Source: Paraspadella gotoi
Taxonomy: Eukaryota; Animalia; Chaetognatha
Direction of reading: 5' to 3'
Assembly (NCBI GenBank): GCA_051294375.1
Contig: CM119271.1
Span: 11,051,392 to 11,109,051, forward strand
DNA: 57,660 bases
How positions within the stretch are numbered: position 1 is the first letter of the stretch; each line of letters begins with the position of its first letter. A program made the position numbers and the translations under genes. This document shows positions 23,857 through 36,560 of this stretch, piece by piece. Below the pieces are notes generated by a model that was not told the DNA's origin, did no database searches, and worked only from the letters and a program-made list of their open reading frames with translations.

Positions 23857-24586
23857 ATGCAGAACAGGAAGACGACGACGACGATGATGACGACGACGAC
23901 GATGACGATGACGATGACGATGACGAAGCGTCGAAGACGACGATGATGACGATGATGAAGACGACGACGATGAAGATTAAGACGAAGACGACTACGACGA
24001 CGACTACGACAATGCGGTCGACCATGTGGATGTTCATAAACAATAATGATAACGACAAAGATTCTAAAGATTAGACATTAATCGCGTCATCATGACCACC
24101 GATGATAGTTTTGAAAGAACGAAATGCTGACAATGAACAGAGGGATATCTCTGTATGAAAATGGTTACCCTGATTATACATGACATTGGTTAATATCGGT
24201 TATCAAAGCTTAATCAGAATACGACAATATGCAAATGAGATTGAGGAACTCAATCTCATTTCAGATAATTCACAAATTAATCTGCTACAATGATACAGAT
24301 TTTTTAAAGATTTTAACAATGACGATTACGACGACGATGACAATAAAAATGACAATGATTGTGACAGGGATGATAACAATGACAACGACGCAGACAACGA
24401 TGGTGACAATGACAATAACGATGACGACATTCATGATCTCAGAATGACATCGACGAAGTCGACGACGGGTCAGAAAAACTTCGGGATAAATACGAAATCG
24501 TTTACGAAAATGACAACGACGACGAAGACGACGACGACGACGACGACGAAGACGACGACGAAGACGACGACGACAACGACGACAGG
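23857..24586 (+). pseudogene. Asp-rich exon-like segment bounded by splice signals but with stops and frameshifts
   Basis: The acceptor tttttttttctgtAG| at 23856 is followed by AEQEDDDDDD... The donor is AGG|GTAAAG at 24587. The interior is (GAC/GAT)-periodic with TAA/TAG in the Asp frame. Confidence 0.35.
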
Positions 24587-24911
24587 GTAAAGAAGAAGAA
24601 TACCATGATTATTCCGATTTTTTTTTATTTCGGCGGACGGGGAATCTTTTCTCGAATATTATTGTCCTCATTTTTTTTTCTTTTATTCCGATTTTTTTTT
24701 ATTTGGTGTATCTTTTCTTATTATTACCCCTTTTCTTTTCTTTTCTTTTCTTTTCTTTTCTTTTCTTTTCTTTTCTTTTCTTTTCTATTTCTTATCTTTC
24801 CTTCTTCCTCCTTTTTTTTCTTTTCAATTTTTTTTNNNNNNNNNNNNNNNNNNNNNNNNNTTCAATATTTCTTTTCATCTTCTCTAAACTTTTACGAGTC
24901 TTTTTTCTTTA

Positions 24912-25011
<100 letters not shown>

Positions 25012-25018
25012 CCCTCCC

Positions 25019-25671
25019 ATTTTATTGCCTCCAATCCTGTTTTTCCTCTTTCCTCCCTTTTCATTATCATTTCTTCTCGTTTCGTTTTTCTCGTATCTCG
25101 CTGTACGGTAAGGATGTCTTCTTGTCGTGTTTCTCCCCTTCGTACCGTGGCGACCGGTTATCCGGGTCATAGTTCCGACTGATGTCTTTTCGGGGAATAA
25201 AAAACGAGGGAGGGAAATTAGATACAGTGCGAACCGGGTTGGGGAGAAAACTTTGTTTATCGAATAGAAATAAAGAATGATAAATGTAAATGATTATGTT
25301 CACATTTATCGTTTGCATTGAACTTCGTACATTTATTAAGTTTCAGTTTATACGAGGGTTTTGCTAAAATTTTGCTCATTTTATTTTCCATTGTATTCTA
25401 TTTTTCTGTTTTTTCTGTTTTTCTGTTTTTTCTATTTTTCTGTTTTTCCTGTTTTTCTGTGTTTTCTATTTTTCTGTTTTTTCTGTTTTGTTTTCTATTT
25501 TCTGTTTTTTTCTGGTTTTTTTTCTGTTCTTAGTAGATCTTTATTGTTCTGTTTTGTTCGGCTTCATTGTATTCACTTTTATTTATGATTGTCTTTGTAC
25601 TTCACTCTGGTTATATTTTCATTCTTTCTTTCTTTATTTCTTTATTCTTTCTTTCTTCTTTCTTTCTTTCT

Positions 25672-25704
<33 letters not shown>

Positions 25705-27270
25705 TTTATTTATTTCTTTTTTTCCTTCTTTCCTTCCTTCTTTCTTTCCTTCCGTTTTTCTTTCCTTCTTCTTTCCTTCCTTTTTCTTTCCTTCTTTCTT
25801 TCCTTCCTTCCTTCCTTCCTTCCTTCCTTCCTTCCTTCCTTCCTTCTTTCCCACGAATTTTTCATATTCGTGTTCCTCCGTGTTTTTTCTCTTTTATCTT
25901 TCCTTCCTTGTCTACCCTTTCCTTTTCTTTTTCTTTCTTTTTTTTGGAGGCTCCGTTTTTTTCCTGTTTTTTCTTTTAATCATTTCCTTTCCATCTTTTT
26001 GGTTCTTTCTATCTCTATTTGTTTTTCCCTCTTTCTTTCTTTCCTCCTTTATTTTTTTTCTTTTTATTTCTTCTTTCTTTTTCCATTTCTATTTTTAAAA
26101 TATTTTATATCTAACTTTCTATAGTTTCCTTCTGCTCTTCTTTCTTCTTTCTTTCTTTCTTCTTTCTTTCTTTCTTTCTTCTTTCTTTCTTTCTTCTTTC
26201 TTTCTTTCTTTCTTTCTTTGTTCCATCCTTCTTTGTCTTCCCCCCCTCCCTTTTCCTCCCCTCTCCTCGTCTCCTCTTCGTGTTAATGTCCTCCCTCCTC
26301 CTCCTCCTCCCCCTCTTCCTCCACCCCCTCCACCCCCCCTTCCCCCGTCAAATCGTTAGCATTCATCCGGCAAAGAAGACGAGTAAGGCAAAGCGGGTAA
26401 GGGCCAAGGCCAAAACCAAGAAGAAAAAAAGAGGGAAGGGTCTGCGGTCGGTCCGTCCGTCCGTCCGTCCGGTCCATCTCCGCGTGCCGAAAGCCAAGAA
26501 AAACGGTCACTTTGCCCATAATCAGAGAATCCTCTGCGTTCAATGAATCAAAAAAGACTCTTTTTTTTCTTTTGTTTTTGTTTTGTTTTTTTTCATTCTC
26601 ATTCTTCCAGATGGTTTTTATTTTATTGCCTCCAATCCTGTTTTTCCTCTTTCCTCCCTTTTCATTATCATTTTCTTCTCGTTTCGTTTTTCTCGTATCT
26701 CGCTGTACGGAAGGATGTCTTCTTGTCGTGTTTCTCCCCTTCGTACCGTGGCGACCGGTTATCCGGGTCATAGTTCCGACTGATGTCTTTTCGGGGAATA
26801 AAAGACGAGGGAGGGAAATTAGATACAGTGCGAACCGGGTTGGGGAGAAAACTTTCGTTTATCGAAATAGAAATAAAGAATGAATAAATGTAAATGATTA
26901 TGTTCACATTTATCGTTTGCATTGAACTTCGTACATTTATTAAGTTTCAGTTTATACGAAGGAGTTTTAGCTTAAATTTTGCTCATTTTATTTTTCCATT
27001 GTATTCTATTTTTCTGTTTTTTCTGTTTTTCTGTTTTTTCTATTTTTCCTGTTTTTCTGTGTTTTCTATTTTTCTGTTTTTTCTGTTTTGGTTTTTCTAT
27101 TTTTCTGTTTTTTTCTGTTTTTTTTTCTGTTCTTAGTAGATCTTTATTGTTCTTTTTTGTTCGGCTTCATTGTATTTCACTTTTATTCATTGATTGTCTT
27201 TGTACTTCACTGACGTTGTCTATTGTTCTCCCCTGGCTCTGGTTATATTTTCATTCTTTCTTTCTTTATT

Positions 27271-27350
<80 letters not shown>

Positions 27351-28275
27351 TTTTTCCTTCTTTCCTTCCTTCTTTCTTTCCTTCCGTTTTTCTTTCCTTC
27401 CTTCTTTCCTTCCTTTCTTCTTTCCTTCTTTCTTTCCTTCCTTCCTTCCTTCCTTCCTTCCTTCTTTCCCACGAATTTTTTTATATTCGTGTTTCCTCCG
27501 TGTTTTTTCTCTTTTATCTTTCCTTCCTTGTCTACCCTTTCCTTTTCTTTTTTCTTTCTTTTTTTTGGAGGCTCCGTTTTTTTTCCTGTTTTTTCTTTTA
27601 ATCATTTCCTTTCCATCTTTTTTGGTTCTTTCTATCTTTCTATTTGTTTTTCCCTCTTTCTTTCTTTCCTCCTTTATTTTTTTTTCTTTTTTATTTCTTT
27701 CTTTCTTTTTCCATTTCTATTTTTTAAATAGTTTATATCTAACTTTCTATAATTTCCATCTGCTCTTCTTTCTTTCTTTCTTTCTTTCTTTNNNNNNNNN
27801 NNNNNNNNNNNNNNNNNNNNNNNNNNNNNNNNNNNNNNNNNNNNNNNNNNNNNNNNNNNNNNNNNNNNNNNNNNNNNNNNNNNNNNNNNNNNNNNNNNNN
27901 NNNNNNNNNNNNNNNNNNNNNNNNNNNNNNNNNNNNNNNNNNNNNNNNNNNNNNNNNNNNNNNNNNNNNNNNNNNNNNNNNNNNNNNNCCCCCTTCCCCC
28001 GTCAAATCGTTAGCCATCATCCGGCAAAGAAGACGAGTAAGGCAAAGCGGGTAAGGGCCAAGGCCAAAACCAAGAAGAAAAAAAAAGAGGGAGGGGTCTG
28101 CGGTCGGTCCGTCCGTCCGTCCGTCCGGTCCATCTCGCGTGCCGAAAGCCAAGAAAAACGGTCCACTTTGCCCATAATCAGAGAATCCCTCTGCGTTCAA
28201 TGAATCAAAAAAGACTCTTTTTTTCTTTTTGTTTTTGTTTTTGTTTTTTTTCATTCTCATTCTTCCAGATGGTTT
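25019..28275 (+). repeat. Direct tandem duplication, period ~1.6 kb (25019-~26160 = 26620-27791; ~26336-26618 = 27989-~28275)
   Basis: Shared anchors attttattgcctccaatcctg (25019, 26620) and ccccttcccccgtcaaatcgttagc (26336, 27989). The ORF track shows duplicated peptides. Confidence 0.93.
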
Positions 28276-28364
28276 TTTTTTCTTTATTCTTTTTGAAGCT
28301 CTCTTTTCCAATCGTGCTCCATTTCCGTTCGTTTATCCCAGATTTTAATTTTGACGTCTATATT

Positions 28365-28760
28365 TAACCTATGAACTAATTCCTAACCCTGATCTGTTCC
28401 CCTAACACCTAACCTAATCTTGAACCCTACCAATCAACCATTATCCTTAATTTCTTACCCTGTATTCGGGTATTGTATAAGTTTACCCCACTTATAAGCA
28501 TAGCACCTTTAGTCATGACTCAGTAGCTGATTAAGTAATACCATCAGCTTATGACCATTAGGTACTGGGTTCGATTGCCAATGGCACTTATCCTGCGGAA
28601 AGCGGGAGGATAGCTTGAAAAACCCGCAAGCCCAGGACCCGTTCAATTGCTGCTGAGTGGACCCTTGTTCCTAACCCAAATCTCTAACCTTATTCACTAA
28701 CCAAGTCCCTTAACTTAATCCTTAACCTAAACACTAACCCTAATATCAAACCTAATCATT
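28365..28760 (+). repeat. Degenerate (CCTAA/CCCTAA)-like repeats flanking a SINE-like insert
   Basis: tcctaaccct, cctaacacctaacctaatc, cctaacccaaa, ctaacctt and cttaacctaaacactaaccctaat occur on both sides of 28500-28667. Confidence 0.55.
28515..28670 (+). mobile_element. tRNA-derived SINE-like head (degenerate Pol III A and B boxes); inverted noisy copies near 41350-41520 and 46330-46500
   Basis: A-box-like TAGCTGATTAAG (28524-28535) and B-box GGTTCGATTGC (28568-28578) at tRNA-like spacing, in the context aggtactgggttcgattgcca. There is no full cloverleaf. Confidence 0.5.
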
Positions 28761-28876
28761 TAATAATAAAAGTAAATTCTAAATTTAAGATGCAATCGGG
28801 CGTTCTGGGAAAATAAAGCTCTTCTGGTTTTAAGGTGCGTCTGTTTCGATGCGTTATTTTTTTTCCCTCGGCGGTT

Positions 28877-30255
28877 ATGAAACATCGAAGGCCATTCCTC
28901 TCCTCTCTTACTCTCTCTCTCTCTCTCACTCTCTCTCTCTCTCTCCTCTCTCTCCTCTCTCTCTTCCTCTCTCTCTCTTTCCCTCCTCTCTTTTCCTCTT
29001 TTTTCTCTACTCCTCTCTCTCTCTCATCTCTCTCTCTCTCTCTCTCTCTCGTCTCTTCTCCTCTCGTCTCTCTCTCTCACCTTTCCCTCTCTATCTATTT
29101 CCTCTTTTTTCTACTTCGTCTCTTCTCTCATCTCTCTCTCTCTCTCCTCTCTCTCTCGTCTCTCTTTCCTCTCTCTCTTTTTCCCTTTTTTCTCCTACTC
29201 TCCTCTCTCTCTCTTTCTCTCTCTCTCCTCTCTCTCTCCTCTTCTCTCTCTCTCTCTCTCTTTCTCTCTCTACTCTCCGTCACTCACCATCCAAGGTCCA
29301 GCGAAGTTGATTTTCCACCCTAAAGTCGACAGTCAAACTCGCGATCCCTCGTGACCGACGCGTTTGCCGGGAAAACACCGCGCCTGGCCTCGGAGAATCT
29401 AGACATCAACACTATAGTGGGAGACAGCGTAGGGCACCGAGAACCACGAACTGAAACATGAACGGATTGGTGGGGGAACAAGACGATGGAAGAACGGGAG
29501 AGGAAAACAGATTGACGAGAAGCAGACGGAGACAGATGCAAATATGTAAAAGGATGTGAGAACCGATGAAATCAAATGGCAAGAAACTGGTGAAAAAGAA
29601 CTAAAACGCGAAATCCGATTGTGAAAAAAAAAACCTCGCGCAGCGGACGAAACAACAAGAGCTTTTAAATTAGAACGGTCGAGAAGAGTCGGGACAAGCT
29701 GGAAGATGAGGGGAGGGAGAACAGATGGGGACGAGAACCAGGGAGAACAGTTGGTCGAGAACACAGCATTACCACATTCAGACTGGGATATGCCGGCGAG
29801 GGAAACAGATGGTGAAGAACCTAATTGACAAGAACCGATGGAAAAGCGGACTTACGAGAACGGATGTCGAAACAAAAGAGCGGAATTTCCAGATGGATAA
29901 AAGTTCGAGAGAATAGATGAGAAAAAATCTTATTGAACAGGCACACAGGGGGAGAAAAAAAGGTTGATTTGAAATTGTAACTTCGAAGGACATCAGTAAC
30001 TTAGAATACTGATTATAGGAGAATTACTCTCAATGGAATGTGGAATGTGGATGGAGAGGGAGGAGGAAGGATGGAAAGAATAAGTGGAGATCGATCTGGA
30101 AGAACAAGACCGCAACGGTTTCTCCAAACACCGCAAATCACACCTTTTTTCTTCTTTTTTTTAAATCTTTTTTAAAATAATGATCTCCGGTTTTTAGTTT
30201 TCCAACTATAGATTTTCTCTCCACACGAACTCTCAATGCGCCACCACCCCCCCCC
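28877..30255. repeat. Segment duplicated in inverted orientation at 41944-43169; partial third copy ~49010-49450
   Basis: 28877-29365 appears identical in reverse complement to ~42680-43169 (same ORF peptides). The rest matches with many indels. The copy at 41944-43169 is bounded by 25-N gaps on both sides. Confidence 0.93.
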
Positions 30256-33200
30256 ACGGTCCGGCGACGCCACTTTAACGGCGGCAAAAAAAAACGACGG
30301 ACGACAGACATGAAGAATGCAAGAATGAAGAAGAAGAATGAAAGATGGAAAAGTGGATTTAAATGAAAAGAAAAAAATTTGAGAAAAAAAATGGAAAAGA
30401 AAAAGTTGGAGAGAGAGGGAGAGAGAAAAAACAGGAAGAGTCGGACTGAGAGAAGAGAGGAGAGAAGAGAGATGAGAGAGAGAGAGAAGAGGAGGAGAGA
30501 GAGAGAGAAGGAGAGGGATGAGAGACGACGGGAAAGAGGAGAGAGTGATATAAGTTATTATTTAAACGGCACCGGTTGCTCCTCCCTTTACTATCTTTTT
30601 CTTTTTTTCCTCTCCTCTACCCTCCATTCATAATTACGTCTTCTCGTCTTGAAGCTTTTTATTTTTTTTTTTTTGTTTTTTTTTTGTTTTCCCCTCCATC
30701 CTCTCCGTTTACGATAAAAAAGAAAAAATAAATGCTCCTCCTCTCTTCTAGCTTTTTCTTTTTTTTCTTCCCTTTTTGGCCCTGCCTACCGAAATAAAGG
30801 ATTCGCTTTTTGGGCAACGCATGACGAATGAAATATAATCCTCTCTCTTCCTCCTTCTCCTCTCTCTCCTCTCTCTCTTCTCTCATTTCTTCTCTTTATC
30901 CTTGCTGACTCTACAGTTATATGTCATAAAGAAACTTACCCAATTACAACCAAATAAAAAACCTAAACTAACCAATTCCCAAAATAAACCACCCATCATC
31001 ATTTCGTTCATCATTACTTCTTTCCCTCTCTCCTGAGCCTCTTTCCGGTCATGAGTCATTACATTAATTTTTCCTTCCCCGCCAGCAAATATGATTTCGG
31101 AATGCTTAGGTTGTTGAAGTATTAATAGGGATGAATAGAGGTATTCTACGATCTCTTAAAACTAATATATAACAGGGTCTGTCACCGCTAAAAGCTGTGG
31201 AGTATAACATAACTGTAAGATTAATACTTAAAGAAGGAGAATCATGAATTAGTTTTTATCTTTTAAATCTTTCCATCGCATGTTTAGGGTTGACGAGTTT
31301 TCTTCAGTTAGGTAATCAGATGGAGAGGAAAGGAGTGATGGAATATGATACTACTCTTATATTTTGAATGGAGCTGGGAGATGGGATGCGGAATTAAAGA
31401 TGGCGCGGAAGGGAGGTGGTACTGTGCCCTGAGAATGCTCTAGGAATAAAGAAAAAATGAGAGTGTAAGGCGAGTTAAGGTGTTAGGATGGAATAAGATA
31501 TTAATGTGCGAACATGTTGGTCGGTCGTTTAAACATGATCTCGTGATAATTTTACCTATATATTATAATTTAAGATTTTACAGCTGATCTCGTAAATATA
31601 TCGAGTATAATAGTATATTGTGTAGTCCCTCAACGGTGAAAATTTTAACTCATCAGTAATTTTTAATTATTGATTATTAATTTAAATTGATTATTAATCC
31701 AGATTTAATGTAAAAAAAACATATAAAAAAACATCTCAAATTATATTAATACTAGAATTGATTAGTATTTATTAAATTATAATTACGGTCGCGTTAAGGG
31801 TACGCGGGACTTTCAAAAATTATCGTAGAGCATGGCGCAGAATATTATAAGACGGATCGTGTTTTTGATCAGCAAAATAAGAATCTACCTAGATAAAATT
31901 ACTCAGGTGAAGTTAGAGTAACGTTCCACGATTGCTGGGAAGATACATTTAAATATTGTGAGCTTATCTCGCTCTCGCTCACCATGACGATGACTGAGAG
32001 TATATTGAAAAAATGGAGTATGTGAATATAGGATTAAATAAACTAGGAAAGAGGAGTTTAGCGATCGAAAATTTAAGAAATAGAGTTAGAGGTATATAAA
32101 TCGTGTAACATTGAGATTTCGCTGTCAGAATGATGAATGAGAGGGTGGTTCGACGGTGGGAGCGAGAGGTGTAAGTTAAGAAGGGGTAGTGGTGATATTA
32201 TTACGACTCAAGGATAGGATGACTTGATGTGAATATGCGTTATATAAATATTTTAACTCCGCTCTAGACGAAAGGAAGGAATTTAGAGGGTGTTTAAGGA
32301 GGATAGTCGACGAGACACTGTATATTATTTAGATAATTCGTCTCTTCTGGTCGTACTGTTGGTGTTTTTATGATTTTAGCCGTATTATTATCTTTAGTTA
32401 GTATGACCTTTAGTATTTAATATCACGAAAATTAAAAATTACTTAAAGACCGGTTTAATAAGTTGGTCTGTGATATTGAAGAGTTTGGGTTACCAGACAT
32501 GATAGTTATATTTTATAATGATGTGGTATGATACAGTGTGGCGGCCTCTTCTCGTGTTGTCTCGTGCAGAGGTGACTCTCATCGAATTGCACCGACGAGC
32601 TGACGGACGGATAGAACGCTGTAGTTGTGACTAGTGGCGGACAGAAATAAGACTCCAGACTTGTTCGCCCTCACATACTAAAGCTTTAAATGTTCTGATC
32701 TCCAGGATTCCTGTTTTTCGTTGCCGTCTTACTCCTCTGTTCTCTCTCAGTAATTTTTTTATAGTATGTCCACTGAAAAGCCTTTGTATGTTTTCAGGTG
32801 AAAAATTTTCTACAAAAGAGTAACTTATTTCTTTTATTTTTTTCTGTTATATCTTTACTGATTATTTGAAAGCAGGTTTTAAGGAAAAGGACACAAAATA
32901 TATAAATAGAATTTTGATAGTACATGGTGGTATAAATACAATTACGAATAAAGCGGTGGATTAATACAGTACAAAATCTCCTCTACAGAACTCCGTTCCG
33001 TGAATGAAAGACTTGATACCATCGTTATAAATTAGATCTATTAGAAACAAATTGAGTGGATTTTACTCCCTGTAATTGTGAAAATTTTTTTTTCCTAATA
33101 CCTTTTATTCTCAGGATCTTTCTTTTTCATTGGTTGAATGATGTCTTGGCCACTACTGTTGCTTTTTGTTACTTTGTTTATATGACTCTTGCTTTTTTTC

Positions 33201-34594
33201 TCTTGTGTTATATTTTTATAGAATATAAAGAGTGAAAAAATGGTTTGTTATCTACTCTTTTAAGAAAACTAATACAAAACACACCATAATGTTAAAAAGA
33301 GGAGAATGAAGCTAAAGTTATTGGATACAGAGGATGGGTAAAACAGCATACGGTTTTTTACGGGCATTGTTCGAAATTAAATTAAACCAAGTTTCTATAA
33401 TTATAAAAAGATAAATATACCCCCCAAAAAAATGGGTGGGTACACTTTATACTGTCCCAAATACTCACGCCCGCAAACGCTCGAAACAAATAATACTATC
33501 AACTCGAACAGTTATACAATGAAGATCGAAATCCGGTGTTCGCTTACTGTATAACATGCCTCGAGACAATACCCACGCCGTTCCCCCCAAAAAAAAATAA
33601 ATTCACTCTAAAATCCATTTCGGAAAACAAAACTCTCCATTTTTCATTGGCTTTCCCTTAGTTTCAACAAATTTGCCTTCTTCTTCTGTTCAACTTTCTT
33701 TTGGATACATTCTCCATTCGGTACCCATTTTTTTTTCATTTTTTTCGGAACAAAAATTTCTTTTTTTTTTTATTTTTTACTTTTTTATCCGAATTTTTTC
33801 GGTTTTTATTTTATTAGAGAAAGAGAAATAAAGTTTATTTTTTTATTTGTCTGGTTTTGTGTTTTTTAAATTTGTATCTTCGTTCGTTATCGGTTGCTGT
33901 TTTTTGTATGTCAATTTTTGGTTAATATCGTTTTTTGTGTATAATTTTATTGTTACATTAAATATCAATTTACTTTTTTTGATTCGTTATTTGTATTAAC
34001 GAATAAGGACCATGTAAGATTATTTGATTTTTTTTTTTTTACGGCTTCCTTTATTTTTTTAATCGTGGATTGTTCTTTGTTTTTTGTTTAGTTTTTTCTC
34101 TTCTTCTGTTTCTATAGGTTTATTTCTTTTTTCTGTTGTTTACTTTAAGATTGTTAAATAAATAAAAAAACAATTTCTTTGACTGGCATAATAGTTCAAT
34201 TACGTCTTCCTTTTTAATTGCAGTCCACAAAAGTATCTTTTTTCGAATTTGTGCCGGATTTATTTTTCTTTCCTCGCAGTTGCACAAATAAAAATAAACC
34301 TGCAAAGACCCAAGAAAGAAAATAATAATTAGTTTCCCCGTTTTTTTAGCGATAACAGCATTGGATCGATCTATAAATAAAATTCAAGCACGAATCTAAT
34401 GTCGGACTTTTCAATAAAAAAATCAAAAAAAAGAAGTTTCGTTGTCAGTCCGTCTGTCGGTTTGTCGTCTTTCAAGAGACGGATGGAAACAAAAATGTTC
34501 CTGGCGCGGTTTGTGTGTTATCATTAAAAACCACTCGAGTTTCAAGTATATCAGTTGTTTTATGTTCGGACTTTAATTTACTTCCTGTCTTAAC
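30254..34594 (+). repeat. 4341 bp direct duplication, copy 1 (offset 6533)
   Basis: The offset of 6533 holds at both ends and at the internal ORFs (30379/36912, 30659/37192, 34120/40653). I noticed no differences. The copy ends at a 25-N gap. Confidence 0.97.
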
Positions 34595-34619
34595 NNNNNN
34601 NNNNNNNNNNNNNNNNNNN

Positions 34620-36560
34620 TTTTTTTTGTGCAACTGCGAGGAAGAAAAAAAAATTCGAAAAAGACTTTTGTGGAAAAAAAAAGGAGATTATTAATTATTT
34701 GCCGCGAAAAAAAAATAGAAAACAGGGAAAATTAAAAAAACAAAAACAAAATGACAATCAAAAAAATTAAGGAAGCCGTAAAAAAAATCAATTCTTCATC
34801 CTTTTCTTAATAATACGAAATCAAAAATAAGNNNNNNNNNNNNNNNNNNNNNNNNNNNNNNNNNNNNNNNNNNNNNNNNNNNNNNNNNNNNNNNNNNNNN
34901 NNNNNNNNNNNNNNNNNNNNNNNNNNNNNNNNNNNNNNNNNNNNNNNNNNNNNNNNNNNNNNNNNNNNNNNNNNNNNNNNNNNNNNNNNNNNNNNNNNNN
35001 NNNNNNNNNNNNNNNNNNNNNNNNNNNNNNNNNNNNNNNNNNNNNNNNNNNNNNNNNNNNNNNNNNNNNNNNNNNNNNNNNNNNNNNNNNNNNNNNNNNN
35101 NNNNNNNNNNNNNNNNNNNNNNNNNNNNNNNNNNNNNNNNNNNNNNNNNNNNNNNNNNNNNNNNTTTGGGGGGGGGGTTTGTCTCGAGGGATGTTTAACA
35201 AGGCGAAAGGATTTCGATCTCATTGATAACTGTCGAGTTGAAGGTTATTTTTCGCTTGCGGCGGTTTTGGGAAGTGTAAATTTTTTTGGGGGGTTATATT
35301 TATCTTTTTATAATTATAGAAACCTTGGTTTAATTTTAATTTCGAACAATGCCCCGTTGTTTTTTCCATCCTCGTATCCAAACTTGCTTCATTCTCTCTT
35401 TAACATTTTGTGTTTGTATCAGTTTTCAAGACGATACAAACTTTTTCCATAAAATACAATAAAAAACATAAAACATTAACAAAAAGCAACATTTTGAGAA
35501 CATGATTCAAAATGAAAAATGTCATAAATGGAAATTCATCAAAATCGGATTTGGCTCCAAAACGGAATTTTGACGATTTTAATCCGGAATTTTTTTTTTT
35601 TTTTTTTTTTTNNNNNNNNNNNNNNNNNNNNNNNNNNNNNNNNNNNNNNNNNNNNNNNNNNNNNNNNNNNNNNNNNNNNNNNNNNNNNNNNNNNNNNNNN
35701 NNNNNNNNNNNNNNTTTTTTTTTTTTTTTTGTGTCCCGCATGGCGTTTAAATTTCTTTTGAATTTTCGAAACAAGAAATGAGGAAGACGACGACGACGAA
35801 GGACAGATGTGGAAAGCCTGGATTATCGTCGTCATCGTCATCGTTTTCGTCGTCGTCGTCGTCATCGTCTTCCGGAAAAGATGCTCCTATAAAACTAATT
35901 TGCATATTTCGGCAAACTAATCCGCAACTTATTACCGTCTTTAAGTAATTTTAATTTTCCTGATATTAAATACTAAAGTCATAACTTTAAAAAAAAAGGC
36001 ACTAAAAAACACGTTCCGCCTGCTGAACTAAAAATAGCGCCTACTACTTTCTTAAACTACTCATCCTTCGCGCGAAAAAAAATTTCTTTATGCAAAACAG
36101 AATTTTATGAGAAAACTGACTTTTTTTATTCTCGCTCACGTGAACCAGCGACGCTATAAGTCGTTTTCTCTTTAAATTCGTTTGTATTTTTTTTGTATTT
36201 AACTATTGTGTTAATATCGTTTTTGTTATTAATTAAAAGAATCGTTTGTACGTAGTTATATATATTTGTAGTTTTATTTTGCTGATCAAAAAAAAGTCGT
36301 TTAATATTTCGCATCTATGATAATTTTTGAGTCGCGTACTTAACGCGACTATTATATTTATATAATATTTTAATTTGTATTTTATTTGAGATGTTTTTTT
36401 TATTATTGTTTTTTACATTAATTTTGGATATTATTATAAAATTGAAAAATTAAACAAGTAATTTTGTAATTTTCACGGATACAAAAATACTATTATCTAA
36501 ATCATAACAGCGAAAACTAAAAAAAAGGAAATATCGAGTTGACGCGACATTGTTCGCTCA
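34620..36560. repeat. Segment duplicated in inverted orientation at ~43370-45530
   Basis: The reverse complement of 36460-36560 (tgagcgaacaatgtcgcgtcaactcgata...) matches 43370-43480. 35780-35890 matches 44145-44280. 34620-34790 matches 45320-45515. Confidence 0.9.

Noticed and set aside
28515-28590. Possible tRNA gene
   Set aside because: The B box is present, but the acceptor and anticodon stems do not pair convincingly. It is treated as a SINE-like head.
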